A stretch of 64,000 bases of DNA from a virus (taxonomy: Duplodnaviria > Caudoviricetes). The first letter of the stretch is position 1; each line of letters opens with the position of its first letter. Where the stretch lies: IMG/VR virus record IMGVR_UViG_3300028581_000010. One strand, 5' to 3'. This document shows, one piece after another, positions 45,664 to 54,559 of the stretch. The notes under the pieces are model-generated. The model worked only from the letters and a program-made list of their open reading frames with translations, did no database searches and was not told where the DNA came from. Position numbers and translations under genes: made by a program.

Positions 45664-46257
45664 GGATCGTCGTCTGGATTAACCATGACGTCCTGGCTGG
45701 GCTCACCACATCGTGCCAGGCCTAGGTCCAATAAAATGTCAATGGCTTCTTGCATCTCGTAACGGTGGGCATCCTCCTTATCTGGAGTGTAGCCTTTGCC
45801 GAGAGCCTTCCACCATTTCTTTGAGCTTTTGTCATAGATTAGTGTCTTCATATTGATATTAAGTAGTCTGCAGCATTGGCCTCTTCTCGAGCCACATGCC
45901 TTTTTACTGAACACCACGAGGCATGCGGCGTGTCTATTATGCTACCCTCTCTGCGGGCCAGACAGTTAGGACATATGCCAGCCATCTCTGGGTGGTTACA
46001 GTTGTTGATGGGTTGCGTCCAAAGGCGCATCAGCAAAGCGCATTCGATGTCGCTTGCCTTGGACATTATGCCTCCTCCTCTACGTTAACCATCTTCTCGT
46101 TAAGCACTCCATCGGGTAGAAAGCGATTAGCCATGTAGCAGATCTCTACTGCTTCTGCGGCGCTGTAGATGCCTGCCTCTTTCTTATCTTTGGTGTAGCC
46201 GCGGCTTTCCGGGCCCCACCATGCGTCGTGCTCGTAGCTCCAGATGTAGAATCTCAT
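45252..46257 (-). CDS. Tandem family of four small paralogues (46066-46257, 45651-45851, 45440-45649, 45252-45443) with one unrelated Cys-rich ORF (45848-46066) interspersed
   Basis: Shared WW..(G/R)GYT.DK..A..Y...A..I motif (divergent in 45252-45443); all translationally coupled. Confidence 0.75.
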
Positions 46258-46358
46258 ACAGGAGCATTATCTAAAATAATGTTCTTTCGTACTCTTGCAA
46301 ATGATTGCGATTGTTTCATTTAAGTTGTTCTCTTAGTATTATACCAATTTCGAGGTAT

Positions 46359-46390
46359 CTAAGAAAAAGGGCCATTGCTGACCCTTTTCC
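46359..46390 (-). terminator. Intrinsic terminator (GCAA-containing loop) directly followed by a TTGGTATAAT promoter
   Basis: ggaaaagggtcagcaatggccctttttcttag...aattggtataat. Confidence 0.75.
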
Positions 46391-46410
46391 GAATACTAAA
46401 ATAGAGAAGC

Positions 46411-46854
46411 TTACACTTCGTCTTCCTTGGGATCCTCAGGAGGCTTGCGCCGAAGCTGAAGCTCGCTCGCGATCTTTTTGAGTATTTCAGACAGTGCTCC
46501 AGGCACGGGAGGTACGTCATCACCTTTGTCTACCATACTTCCGACCATTTCCTCGACGATCTTCATGGCCTTGGCGCGCACTCTTGTGTGCAGCTCCTCG
46601 ACCTCGTCTCTGGTGGGCTCGTAGTCCATTTCCTTCTGGAGATCCTTGATGTCTCCGACGAAGTCTTCCAGCGCCAGGCGTCCCAGCGCGATGAAGCTGT
46701 TCTTGGATGGCATGATCTGATGCTCGATCAGGTTCTTGAGTTCGCAGCTCATCATGTCTTCGACGGCGGCGCAGATGCAGAGCATTTCCAGATGCTCAAT
46801 TACGATACACAACTTCAAGGGTTCCCCCTCGGTTTTTATTGATGTTACTTGCAT
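46411..46854 (-). CDS. Acidic hypothetical protein
   Basis: Start reassigned to ATG 46854. Confidence 0.65.
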   Translation of the reverse strand: MQVTSIKTEGEPLKLCIVIEHLEMLCICAAVEDMMSCELKNLIEHQIMPSKNSFIALGRLALEDFVGDIKDLQKEMDYEPTRDEVEELHTRVRAKAMKIVEEMVGSMVDKGDDVPPVPGALSEILKKIASELQLRRKPPEDPKEDEV

Positions 46855-46874
46855 GCTAAAGAATAAGTGTAGTG

Positions 46875-47222
46875 TTATTGTTCGGTTGGCGGTTGGAATT
46901 GCTCCGAGATGTCTTCGGTGCTGATTGCACCTGCGTCGAGGGCGCACTTCAGTGAACGGGCGCCCATTTCTTTGCACTCCTTTTCGGTGGCGTCGTACAG
47001 TTCATTGCGCACGAGCTGCCTGCCGTGTTCTATGAGGCCGATGGCAAACAAGTTGCCGACCGCCACGGTCGGAGTGAATTCGACTGGGTCCCTATTCGCT
47101 TCCTTTGCGGACAAGGCCGTCATCTTCTCGATCGCGATAACCATCGCGGTGAAGTCCATATAGTTCATACGGACATTTACTTCTGGAGGTTTTCCCTCCT
47201 GTTTTATTAGGTGGATTTGCAT
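46875..47222 (-). CDS. Hypothetical protein
   Basis: Behind a TTGGTATAAT box at about 47244-47253. Confidence 0.7.
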   Translation of the reverse strand: MQIHLIKQEGKPPEVNVRMNYMDFTAMVIAIEKMTALSAKEANRDPVEFTPTVAVGNLFAIGLIEHGRQLVRNELYDATEKECKEMGARSLKCALDAGAISTEDISEQFQPPTEQ

Positions 47223-47267
47223 AGGTAAGGTGCTTCCAATAGATTATACCAATTAAGTTATGCGCTA

Positions 47268-47298
47268 GCTAAAAAAGAGGGCTATTGCTAGCCCTCTC
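47268..47298 (-). terminator. Intrinsic terminator (GCAA loop) ending TTTTTTAGC
   Basis: gagagggctagcaatagccctcttttttagc. Confidence 0.8.
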
Positions 47299-47310
47299 TT
47301 GCTCCCTGAT

Positions 47311-48441
47311 TTACATGCCACCAGGCGCATTGACAACATCTTTCACACGGCTGAGTCGAGCGCGATGCCTGAAGATGGTTTCATTGGCATCGCTTAATTT
47401 GCGAGCCAAGTCACCATTCTGTGCACATAGCTCACCCTTATCGGCCAATGCTTTAGCCAAGTCGTCAGACAACTTCTCCACCTTTTCCACGGCGTTATTT
47501 CTGTCACGCCGGTATCCATCGATACAGTTTTGCAGCCCCTGAGCCTTCAAGTCTATGTGGTGGTGATCTGTACGTAGCTGCTCGAGTGCGATGCAAGCTG
47601 TATCACGCTCTTGCCTAATCGCCACAATTTGCCCGTAAAGGCTTATGATCGCCTCATGCTTTTTGCGCAGCTCCTCTCCTGTGCAACTGTTCAGCATGTC
47701 TTCGACGCGCGCCTCCAAACGAAGGTTCTTTTCCTCCAACTCCTTCAACTTCGTCCCCGTCTCGCTTTGCTCTGAAACCAGCGCATCAGCACGATTTCGT
47801 TCGTGCTTCTCGTTTGAGAGTGCCTGTTGAAGCTCACGTTCTTTGCATGTTATGGCCTTCTCGAGCCACTCCTTTTCGGCTAGCGTCGTCTCCAACCGCG
47901 CCTCGGCAATGTTAGCTCTGGCTATTGCATCACCAAGCTCCACATCCTTCGGGTTTGGCAGAAGAATGAAGCGTGCATACAGATACACGAATGAGGGCTT
48001 TGCAACATGGTATCTATTTACGTAATTCCAGTCACGCTTCTGGAGGTCCCTCTGATCCGAATCATAATACAGCACGTGGCCGAGGTGTAAGGATGCGGGC
48101 AAGAAGGCGCTCACCTTCCAATAGCGCCCTGGGGGTGCTGGCGGCGGCTTGGGTGCATTCCACTTGAGCCCCTCGATGTTGTGCTCGGTAGGTGCCATGC
48201 GCACCAGATGAAAGCCACAACCAGGATGTTCACAGTGAACTCCATGTGTATTGTAGCCAGAGACTGTAACGGTATAGTCTGGACCGTTGTCTCTTTTTTT
48301 AGTAACTGAGGCGTTGAAGTTGAAGAATTCATCGGCGGGGCTTGCTAGCTCCTTAAACCGGGCTTCTTCTCCATCGGCGGTATATGCAACCCGCCCTTCT
48401 TTAAAATCTTCAAAGTTGAATTTGAGGTTCATGTCAGTCAA
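47311..48441 (-). CDS. Hypothetical protein: N-terminal module shared with 40493..41584 plus a long coiled coil
   Basis: FNFEDFKEGRVAYTADGE...MAPTEHNIEGLKWNAPKPPPAPPG. Confidence 0.75.
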   Translation of the reverse strand: MTDMNLKFNFEDFKEGRVAYTADGEEARFKELASPADEFFNFNASVTKKRDNGPDYTVTVSGYNTHGVHCEHPGCGFHLVRMAPTEHNIEGLKWNAPKPPPAPPGRYWKVSAFLPASLHLGHVLYYDSDQRDLQKRDWNYVNRYHVAKPSFVYLYARFILLPNPKDVELGDAIARANIAEARLETTLAEKEWLEKAITCKERELQQALSNEKHERNRADALVSEQSETGTKLKELEEKNLRLEARVEDMLNSCTGEELRKKHEAIISLYGQIVAIRQERDTACIALEQLRTDHHHIDLKAQGLQNCIDGYRRDRNNAVEKVEKLSDDLAKALADKGELCAQNGDLARKLSDANETIFRHRARLSRVKDVVNAPGGM

Positions 48442-48694
48442 GGCGGATTGTGTTGCCCCCTAGTACACGGGAAGTTACGGCACCAGAGACGGGTTGGCCA
48501 GATGGCGATATAGCCGTGAAGCCTGTTGAGAAGGTTTCGTTTTCGCTTTTCATCCACGGTCGGAAGCCCGTGATGGTGATGTTTGTGTAGCCGTTCTCCT
48601 GGAGCACGCGGATTGTTTCGTCCGGTTTCGTGCAGGCTACTATGCTGCTTAAAATAAGACAGCCGACGGCTGCCAGTAGTAGTAGTTTTTTCAT
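48434..48694 (-). CDS. Lipoprotein
   Basis: MKKLLLLAAVGCLILSSIVAC lipobox. Confidence 0.75.
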   Translation of the reverse strand: MKKLLLLAAVGCLILSSIVACTKPDETIRVLQENGYTNITITGFRPWMKSENETFSTGFTAISPSGQPVSGAVTSRVLGGNTIRLD

Positions 48695-48876
48695 GATTGT
48701 TCTGTAGTTGCTGCGTTTGCGGTTGTCTCTTTGATGGTGATGACTACATCGCTGTTGTCATCACCGGAGTTCAATATAGCTCCTTGTGGCATGTCAGCTA
48801 CGCCGCAGTAGCCAAACGTCGAGCCGAGCTCTCTTGTGATTATCTTCTTGATATGATCCAGCTTGGGATTTGTCAT
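48691..48876 (-). CDS. Hypothetical protein
   Basis: ATGA overlap. Confidence 0.6.
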   Translation of the reverse strand: MTNPKLDHIKKIITRELGSTFGYCGVADMPQGAILNSGDDNSDVVITIKETTANAATTEQS

Positions 48877-49469
48877 GTTGTAGTTTTTCTTTTGTATATG
48901 TATAGGTCGTCGTGAATGCCACTCCATTGCGGAATGTCAAGGCAGTCCACGAACTCCCAGTTTCTTCCGAGGTTTTGGTGAAACTCATCATCACCGGTGC
49001 AGCCCATTGCTCCCTCACCCACGTATGCCACGTGCTCTCCTCTAAAGAGCCTTAGGCAGTTGTTTGCGAAGGGGCTGTTGTAGCAAGGCCAGATGAGAAG
49101 CAATACGTTTGCATCGCTTTTCTCAAGTACGAACTCGTCTCCATCCACCACCGGAAAATGTAATGGAGAGGTACGAAAAGGATACTTGTTCTCGCTCTGC
49201 TCACCCGGCACAGCCTTGTCATACGCGACAACCTTGCCGCCGCATTCCTCGATGCACTTGGCCCAGTATCCAAGGCCGGCACCGAGCTCGATGATCTCTC
49301 CACCGAGCGAGGCTATTCTCTTGCAAGCCTCCTCGCTGGGTATGGCAAATCCGTACTCACGTATGCACTTTCTACGGGCCTCGAACGCCTCGGTAAAGGT
49401 GTCGAAGCCAGAGGTAAAGACATCTACGCCCAGGTATTTGCCATACCTATTCAGCAGTGGATTATTCAC
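48873..49469 (-). CDS. Class I SAM-dependent methyltransferase-like protein
   Basis: IIELGAGLGYWA, VVAYD, LLLIWP, YVGE; GTG start likely. Confidence 0.8.
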   Translation of the reverse strand: MNNPLLNRYGKYLGVDVFTSGFDTFTEAFEARRKCIREYGFAIPSEEACKRIASLGGEIIELGAGLGYWAKCIEECGGKVVAYDKAVPGEQSENKYPFRTSPLHFPVVDGDEFVLEKSDANVLLLIWPCYNSPFANNCLRLFRGEHVAYVGEGAMGCTGDDEFHQNLGRNWEFVDCLDIPQWSGIHDDLYIYKRKTTT

Positions 49470-49845
49470 TGAGACGCATGCGCTTGGCGAGCATCTCTTC
49501 AAATGCGTCTTCGCCCATGCGCGCCTTGGCCGCGGCTGTCCGCTTGCGGAAGATCTCCTCGGCTGTCCGCTTGCGGAAGATCTCCTCGCAGCTCGGTATC
49601 ATTTCCTCGACCTCCTGGTCGGTGGGTACGCCTCCGGTGCAGATTTCAGCTGCGGTGGTGCACAACTCTCCGACAAGCGTAGTGCCGACGAAGTTGGAGT
49701 CGGTCCGCGCATCTTCTACGGCGCCTGCCACGGTCAGCGCCATATAGGTGTTAGCCATCCGCAGCATGCGGCTGGAGATGAGATAATATTCATGCTCGGT
49801 CAAGTTGATGTTGATCGAGCCGTCTTCTTGTTTTGTAATTTTCAT
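49462..49845 (-). CDS. Hypothetical protein with a 9-aa tandem duplication
   Basis: EEIFRKRTA x2; start reassigned to 49845. Confidence 0.65.
   Translation of the reverse strand: MKITKQEDGSININLTEHEYYLISSRMLRMANTYMALTVAGAVEDARTDSNFVGTTLVGELCTTAAEICTGGVPTDQEVEEMIPSCEEIFRKRTAEEIFRKRTAAAKARMGEDAFEEMLAKRMRLSE
49534..49587. repeat. Perfect 27-bp tandem duplication
   Basis: GGCTGTCCGCTTGCGGAAGATCTCCTC at 49534-49560 and 49561-49587. Confidence 0.95.
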
Positions 49846-49875
49846 GGTTGGTTGGTTAAGTATTTCTACCATAGT

Positions 49876-49902
49876 ATTATACCGGATAAATGCTGGTATG
49901 AT
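49876..49902. promoter_or_regulatory. Back-to-back divergent extended -10-type promoters
   Basis: Minus strand CGGTATAAT (49876-49884); plus strand TGGTATGAT (49894-49902). Confidence 0.65.
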
Positions 49903-49924
49903 TAAGTGAAGGACAACTTCCTTT

Positions 49925-50221
49925 ATGAAATATACAAAAACCAAGAAAATAGCAGGCCACAAGGCTCTGGACTTTCTGTACAAGATCGGTCGTGCAGGAT
50001 TTATTCAGGCCTCGTGGGAAACGTCGGGTAAAACCGACAAGGTAAAAAAAGGCACCTGGATCACCGAGGACGCCCTCGGTAACTGGTTCGGTACTCCCGA
50101 ACACGGTGGTGCCTATCAACACAACAGAACGGACCAGATCACTCAGCTGGAATGGCTTCGCGCCAACATACCCAGCGACGAGAGGATGATCACGTTCACC
50201 TACCTACCCAAGCGCAAATGA
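49925..50221 (+). CDS. Hypothetical protein
   Basis: First gene of a two-gene plus-strand island. Confidence 0.7.
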   Translation: MKYTKTKKIAGHKALDFLYKIGRAGFIQASWETSGKTDKVKKGTWITEDALGNWFGTPEHGGAYQHNRTDQITQLEWLRANIPSDERMITFTYLPKRK

Positions 50222-50616
50222 ACGAGACGGGTGTCGAGCACAGAGTTGTCAAGCAGACTACGGTCGGTCCTACGTGTGTGTCTACCATCTACATGTGCAT
50301 CGATCAGAAGATAGCAGATGCTTACATGAAGAAGAACACACCGGAAGTATACGACATGATCAAGGAGTTCAGAGACACTCTCAAAAGGATCTTCCAGGGC
50401 GATACCGAGGGTGAAGAGTGGAAGAATGCGGACGCGCCTGAACAAGAGTCGTTGGTGGAAGAAGACGCTCCCTGGCATATCATGGGCCCGTACTACGAAA
50501 CGATGGTCTTCGGTGAGTGCCCGTTCGCCGAACATAAGCAGCGTCGGCAAACAGAGGAAGAGGCCTTACGCGATCACCAGGAGATGGTGGATAACGTGCG
50601 GTCGTTCCTTGGTTAA
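50218..50616 (+). CDS. Acidic hypothetical protein
   Basis: ATGA overlap at 50218. Confidence 0.7.
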   Translation: MNETGVEHRVVKQTTVGPTCVSTIYMCIDQKIADAYMKKNTPEVYDMIKEFRDTLKRIFQGDTEGEEWKNADAPEQESLVEEDAPWHIMGPYYETMVFGECPFAEHKQRRQTEEEALRDHQEMVDNVRSFLG

Positions 50617-50629
50617 CAAAACAATCAAC

Positions 50630-50662
50630 AAAAGGGCTCAGCAATGGGCTCTTTTTTAGCTA
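50630..50662 (+). terminator. Intrinsic, probably bidirectional, terminator ending TTTTTTAGC
   Basis: aaaagggctcagcaatgggctcttttttagcta between convergent genes. Confidence 0.8.
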
Positions 50663-51022
50663 TTCGAGAAAGGTAGCGTTAACCAACGTGGCTTGCTGGC
50701 GAGTAGCCTGCATCCACCTGGTTGCTATATCACTGGGATTGTTCCACCAGGCCCGAATGTGCAGCGATTTCCACATCGAGTCCCATACCCACAAAGAGTT
50801 GTCTCCAGCGGGATAGAGATAGACCACGACGGCGTGGCTCCACTGCGTTGTATCTATCTTGAGCACCTTGGCCTGTATCTCGGCCTTATGTAGAGACTGT
50901 ACCATGATGACGGCCTCAGGCAGACAGGCGTTCTTATACTTGCCATAGATGGCATTCTTCTCTGCTGGAGGCTCTATGGCACACCCAACCAATAAAAGAC
51001 TAGCTAGCAGTAGGGCTCTCAT
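50660..51022 (-). CDS. Lipoprotein with putative papain/transglutaminase-like Cys-His-Asp triad
   Basis: LLVGC lipobox; ACLPEA, WSHAVVVY, WVWDS. Confidence 0.65.
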   Translation of the reverse strand: MRALLLASLLLVGCAIEPPAEKNAIYGKYKNACLPEAVIMVQSLHKAEIQAKVLKIDTTQWSHAVVVYLYPAGDNSLWVWDSMWKSLHIRAWWNNPSDIATRWMQATRQQATLVNATFLE

Positions 51023-53658
51023 TTAGTTTTCAGTAGTGCCGCCCGCATCTCTGGAGTAATCTTGAAATGAGCTGCGTTGTCGTGAAAGCCTGGCTGATAA
51101 CCAGGAAGAGCTTCGAGCTCCTTACCACACACACCCTTATGAAATCTATCCAACGGAATAATGCTAGATGGATCTTTAGGGTGATTTAAGACCTGTATGC
51201 CTTCTCTCGGCGGTGCACCGAGCCCAAGTGTTCTTGTTTCAGGAGGAGCAAAACGTAGGCGATCTACTCCTCTACTATGACCAACCCATAGATCAGCCGC
51301 GGCTGGCACAGTATATGCATGTCCTGCATCTTCGGTCACAGTGTAACCAGCTCTCTCGAGCAACTTACGTACCGCGGTATAAAAAGCTCTTGGACGAGGC
51401 CTGTCGATATACTTGGGATTACCTTTGATGAGAACAGCTTTAAGTTGTTTCTCTAAACCTGCGGCTTTCTTCAACTTCTCCACCTTGTCCTTGTGAAATG
51501 CTACACGCTCGCTCAACGGCACGTTGGTCGGAGTCTCCACGGTAGTATAAGAGATACCCTTATTCTCCATGACCTTCTCGATAGAGCCCTTCGGTGGATA
51601 CTTGCCATCAGTGATCACGCCCTGTACTGCTTTGTCACCTTTTACGGACTTAGCCTGTCCTAGAGCCTTGCCCGCGTTTAGCTTCTGTCTAACTCTGTCA
51701 GCTATGTCATGCGAGGCATAAGCGTAGGCGCCATGTGCGTCGTTATCCTCATGAAGATCTATAATTTGCTTGGGATGTAGAGCAACTAGCTTGCGAAGAG
51801 CGCTCACGAGCTTGGGTGGTTTGTTTGCGTCGTCGAAGTGTCTGTTTAAATCAATACCATGATCTGTGCGTTTACCAGAATGATTACCTACATCAACTAC
51901 AGGTAACCCCTTGCTTGCGAGCTGCCTGCCTGCAATAGCTGCAGCTGGCTCGTCACCGTGTATACCGGAGACAATTACGGTGTCGGCTGCTGTCTTCTCA
52001 TGCTGGTTTCTGTTACGCAGGTGCTTCATGACCATGTCATAGAAACCAGCAGTCTTCAACCCAGCCTGTTGCTGGTTCTGTGCAAGAAACTGGCTATCTC
52101 TGGCAATCGCCTCGCGTAGTGCTTCTGCGCCCATCTCGTCGCCTGACTTAACCTTGTAGATGTAATCCCTAAAAATACGTGCACCCTCGGGAGGCATCTT
52201 GTCTAAAATGGCAGGATTCTTCTCTATCTCCGTAAATACCTGATGTATCTCGGCAGGAGTGTTCATCTTTCTTCCAGTGACGTCTCTGAGTGTGTTTAAA
52301 CCAGATAGAGCACCTTGCAGATACTCGGGAGCTTGAGTTGTGTTGTACGTAGGAGCCCTCAAGGCACCAGGTGCAACAAATTTATCCTCTGGCTTGAATC
52401 CCTTGCTCACCAATGATTGCTGCTGCTTCTGGTTTAGTGTACGTTGAAACTTTGTTAGATTTGCAACTAGTCCTGCAGGGGCGACATTCTGAAGAAAGGC
52501 ATGGTTTCCTTCATGCATGGCTGCCCAAGCTGTTTGATCAGCGGGCATTTTGGCGTTATCCGCATAACCACTGAAGTTATTCCAGGATACACCAGGCCAG
52601 CCATCTGCGCTGTTGCCTTTGTTTCCGTAGACATACTTCTGCAGCGCGGGATTAACAGATATGCTCTCTGTTTTAGGATGATACATGCCGGAATCATCTC
52701 CACCCAAAGTTAGGGGAAACTGTTGGTCTCTACGGGACCAGTCCACGCCATACGGTAACTTATCCTTAAGCTTTTCGTAGTTAGCCCTTTGCTCGGCTAC
52801 GAAGCTATCCGCACCACCAGGTATGCGCTGAAGCAGCTGGTTGTTCATTTCCGCCGGTGAAAGCGACGAATCTGATGGAAGCTGTAGCTGCGTAGGTGTG
52901 TGGGGTAATTTTCCTTTTGGAAAGATAGGGGCCTCCGTCCAACGCTCTTTTGGTTGATATACACCAGAGCGTAGAATGTCCAAACCATCATACCCATTTG
53001 GGCTAGGTGCCACAGGGCCTTTATTGACCGTTTCCAGGTTGAGCTGTGGCTCAGGCTGAGGATTGGCATTGGGCTGCAGCTTGTTCTGAGGAGGAAGCAA
53101 TGTCCTGCCATATGCGATAGCAGGCGGAGGAGTAGTTATTTCCGCTGGTGGAGGCGGCGCCAAAGTGACACCGCCTGCTTGTGGCCCTTGTTCAGGGGGT
53201 AATTTAACCTGCACCTGAGGTTCTGGTGAAACAGGCTTACTCTTAGCTATTTCTGTTTTTTCTGGAACACCAAGTGGTCTATTTATACTCGGCTCGGGAC
53301 CGACGTGCGGTGGTAATTGTGTGGGAACACCTGTAATTACGGGCTTTTCCGTCTTTACCGGTGTTTCTGCCGGTGGTTGTTGCTTAGGAGGCTGAGCAAC
53401 TGGTGTAACGTTATCAGGGACCTTTACAGGAGTGACCGTCTTTTCAACAGAAGGGGCCTTTACAGGCTCTTTGTTAACCGGAATGGCTCTACGTACCTCT
53501 GGTTCTGCTGTGACCGGTATAGCCTTGCGTATTTCTGGCTCTGGAGTAACTGGAATGGCCCGGCGCACTGGAACCTGGCCCGTAGTTGGGTCGATTGCCA
53601 TGCGCTGAGCCCCTAGATTAGCCAGCTTGTTGAGTAATTTTTTAGATATTCGAGCCAT
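51019..53658 (-). CDS. Large modular protein: Pro-rich RRAIPV repeats, HExxH metallopeptidase-like domain, M14/succinylglutamate-desuccinylase-like peptidase, small GxSxG hydrolase-like domain
   Basis: AMHEGNHA; SGIHGDEP, DLNRHF, IIDLHED, TVETP; WVGHSRG; separators LKTAG, EKTAA, KKAAG. Confidence 0.8.
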   Translation of the reverse strand: MARISKKLLNKLANLGAQRMAIDPTTGQVPVRRAIPVTPEPEIRKAIPVTAEPEVRRAIPVNKEPVKAPSVEKTVTPVKVPDNVTPVAQPPKQQPPAETPVKTEKPVITGVPTQLPPHVGPEPSINRPLGVPEKTEIAKSKPVSPEPQVQVKLPPEQGPQAGGVTLAPPPPAEITTPPPAIAYGRTLLPPQNKLQPNANPQPEPQLNLETVNKGPVAPSPNGYDGLDILRSGVYQPKERWTEAPIFPKGKLPHTPTQLQLPSDSSLSPAEMNNQLLQRIPGGADSFVAEQRANYEKLKDKLPYGVDWSRRDQQFPLTLGGDDSGMYHPKTESISVNPALQKYVYGNKGNSADGWPGVSWNNFSGYADNAKMPADQTAWAAMHEGNHAFLQNVAPAGLVANLTKFQRTLNQKQQQSLVSKGFKPEDKFVAPGALRAPTYNTTQAPEYLQGALSGLNTLRDVTGRKMNTPAEIHQVFTEIEKNPAILDKMPPEGARIFRDYIYKVKSGDEMGAEALREAIARDSQFLAQNQQQAGLKTAGFYDMVMKHLRNRNQHEKTAADTVIVSGIHGDEPAAAIAGRQLASKGLPVVDVGNHSGKRTDHGIDLNRHFDDANKPPKLVSALRKLVALHPKQIIDLHEDNDAHGAYAYASHDIADRVRQKLNAGKALGQAKSVKGDKAVQGVITDGKYPPKGSIEKVMENKGISYTTVETPTNVPLSERVAFHKDKVEKLKKAAGLEKQLKAVLIKGNPKYIDRPRPRAFYTAVRKLLERAGYTVTEDAGHAYTVPAAADLWVGHSRGVDRLRFAPPETRTLGLGAPPREGIQVLNHPKDPSSIIPLDRFHKGVCGKELEALPGYQPGFHDNAAHFKITPEMRAALLKTK

Positions 53659-53698
53659 TACACGCCTTGCCCCACAAATATCTAACTATTTTAGCAGC

Positions 53699-54496
53699 TT
53701 ATAAGTCGTTTATCCAGCTGAACTTTGTAGATAGGCCGTCGGAGAGCTGCTTACCGAGTATTTCCTCGTAATTCCTCGGTAGAGGCTTCACGTTGCTTTG
53801 AATCAGATGCTGCCCATAGGGCCAACCCGTCTCGTGCTCGTGTGTATATTGTTCTACGTTGGTAAAATCATGTACAAACCGTGGTTCGCCGAGATAATCC
53901 CACACCTGATCCATGACTGCTTGAGGAAACTGTGTAAGCTTGTCAGCATTGACGAAGAACAGCTTGCTCTTGAACCTGGATGCTGCGTCAAATACACGCT
54001 CTATGGCAATACCAACGGGAGGAGTGTTCAACCAGCCCTGTGCGCGCTTCTCCATCGTTGTAAATCCTTTAGCATTATTGGCTTCCGGAGATGCGAAGGG
54101 AGCTGGATGCTCGCGCCGAATCTTCTCCATGCTGCATATAATACCACGTACATCTCTAACGGGGACGAGAATCTTGGCATCGGGAAACATCTTGTAGGTT
54201 TGATCGATCTGCCCAACCCAGCTACGGCTCTTGTCAATGACAACGGGCCTATCTGTGAGAGAATCAAATGCTGCGAGTATACCAGCACGGTTATAATCAT
54301 CGAACATCTTCTCTACATCCATGGGCTGCCATGCTTTGGCGGCCTCGGACTTGAATAAGCCACGCGCTAGGTAGCTAATCTCATTCATGGGAGATGTTGC
54401 TGTGGCATGAACGCGCGGATTCTGTGCGAGTATATTACATAGAAGAGTGCTGCACGAACGGGGCAGCCCTGATACGAAGTGAACTGTTTTAGGCAT
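53699..54496 (-). CDS. Sulfotransferase (PAPS-dependent, Sulfotransfer_3-like)
   Basis: FVSGLPRSCSTLL 5'-PSB loop, VIDKSRSW, VPVRDVRGIICS; TTGACA-N16-TACGAT-N6-ATG. Confidence 0.88.
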   Translation of the reverse strand: MPKTVHFVSGLPRSCSTLLCNILAQNPRVHATATSPMNEISYLARGLFKSEAAKAWQPMDVEKMFDDYNRAGILAAFDSLTDRPVVIDKSRSWVGQIDQTYKMFPDAKILVPVRDVRGIICSMEKIRREHPAPFASPEANNAKGFTTMEKRAQGWLNTPPVGIAIERVFDAASRFKSKLFFVNADKLTQFPQAVMDQVWDYLGEPRFVHDFTNVEQYTHEHETGWPYGQHLIQSNVKPLPRNYEEILGKQLSDGLSTKFSWINDL

Positions 54497-54559
54497 TCTC
54501 GTATCGTACTCGCACTACGAGGAATGTCAACCGAAAATTACTCTAAACTCTCGGCTTGA

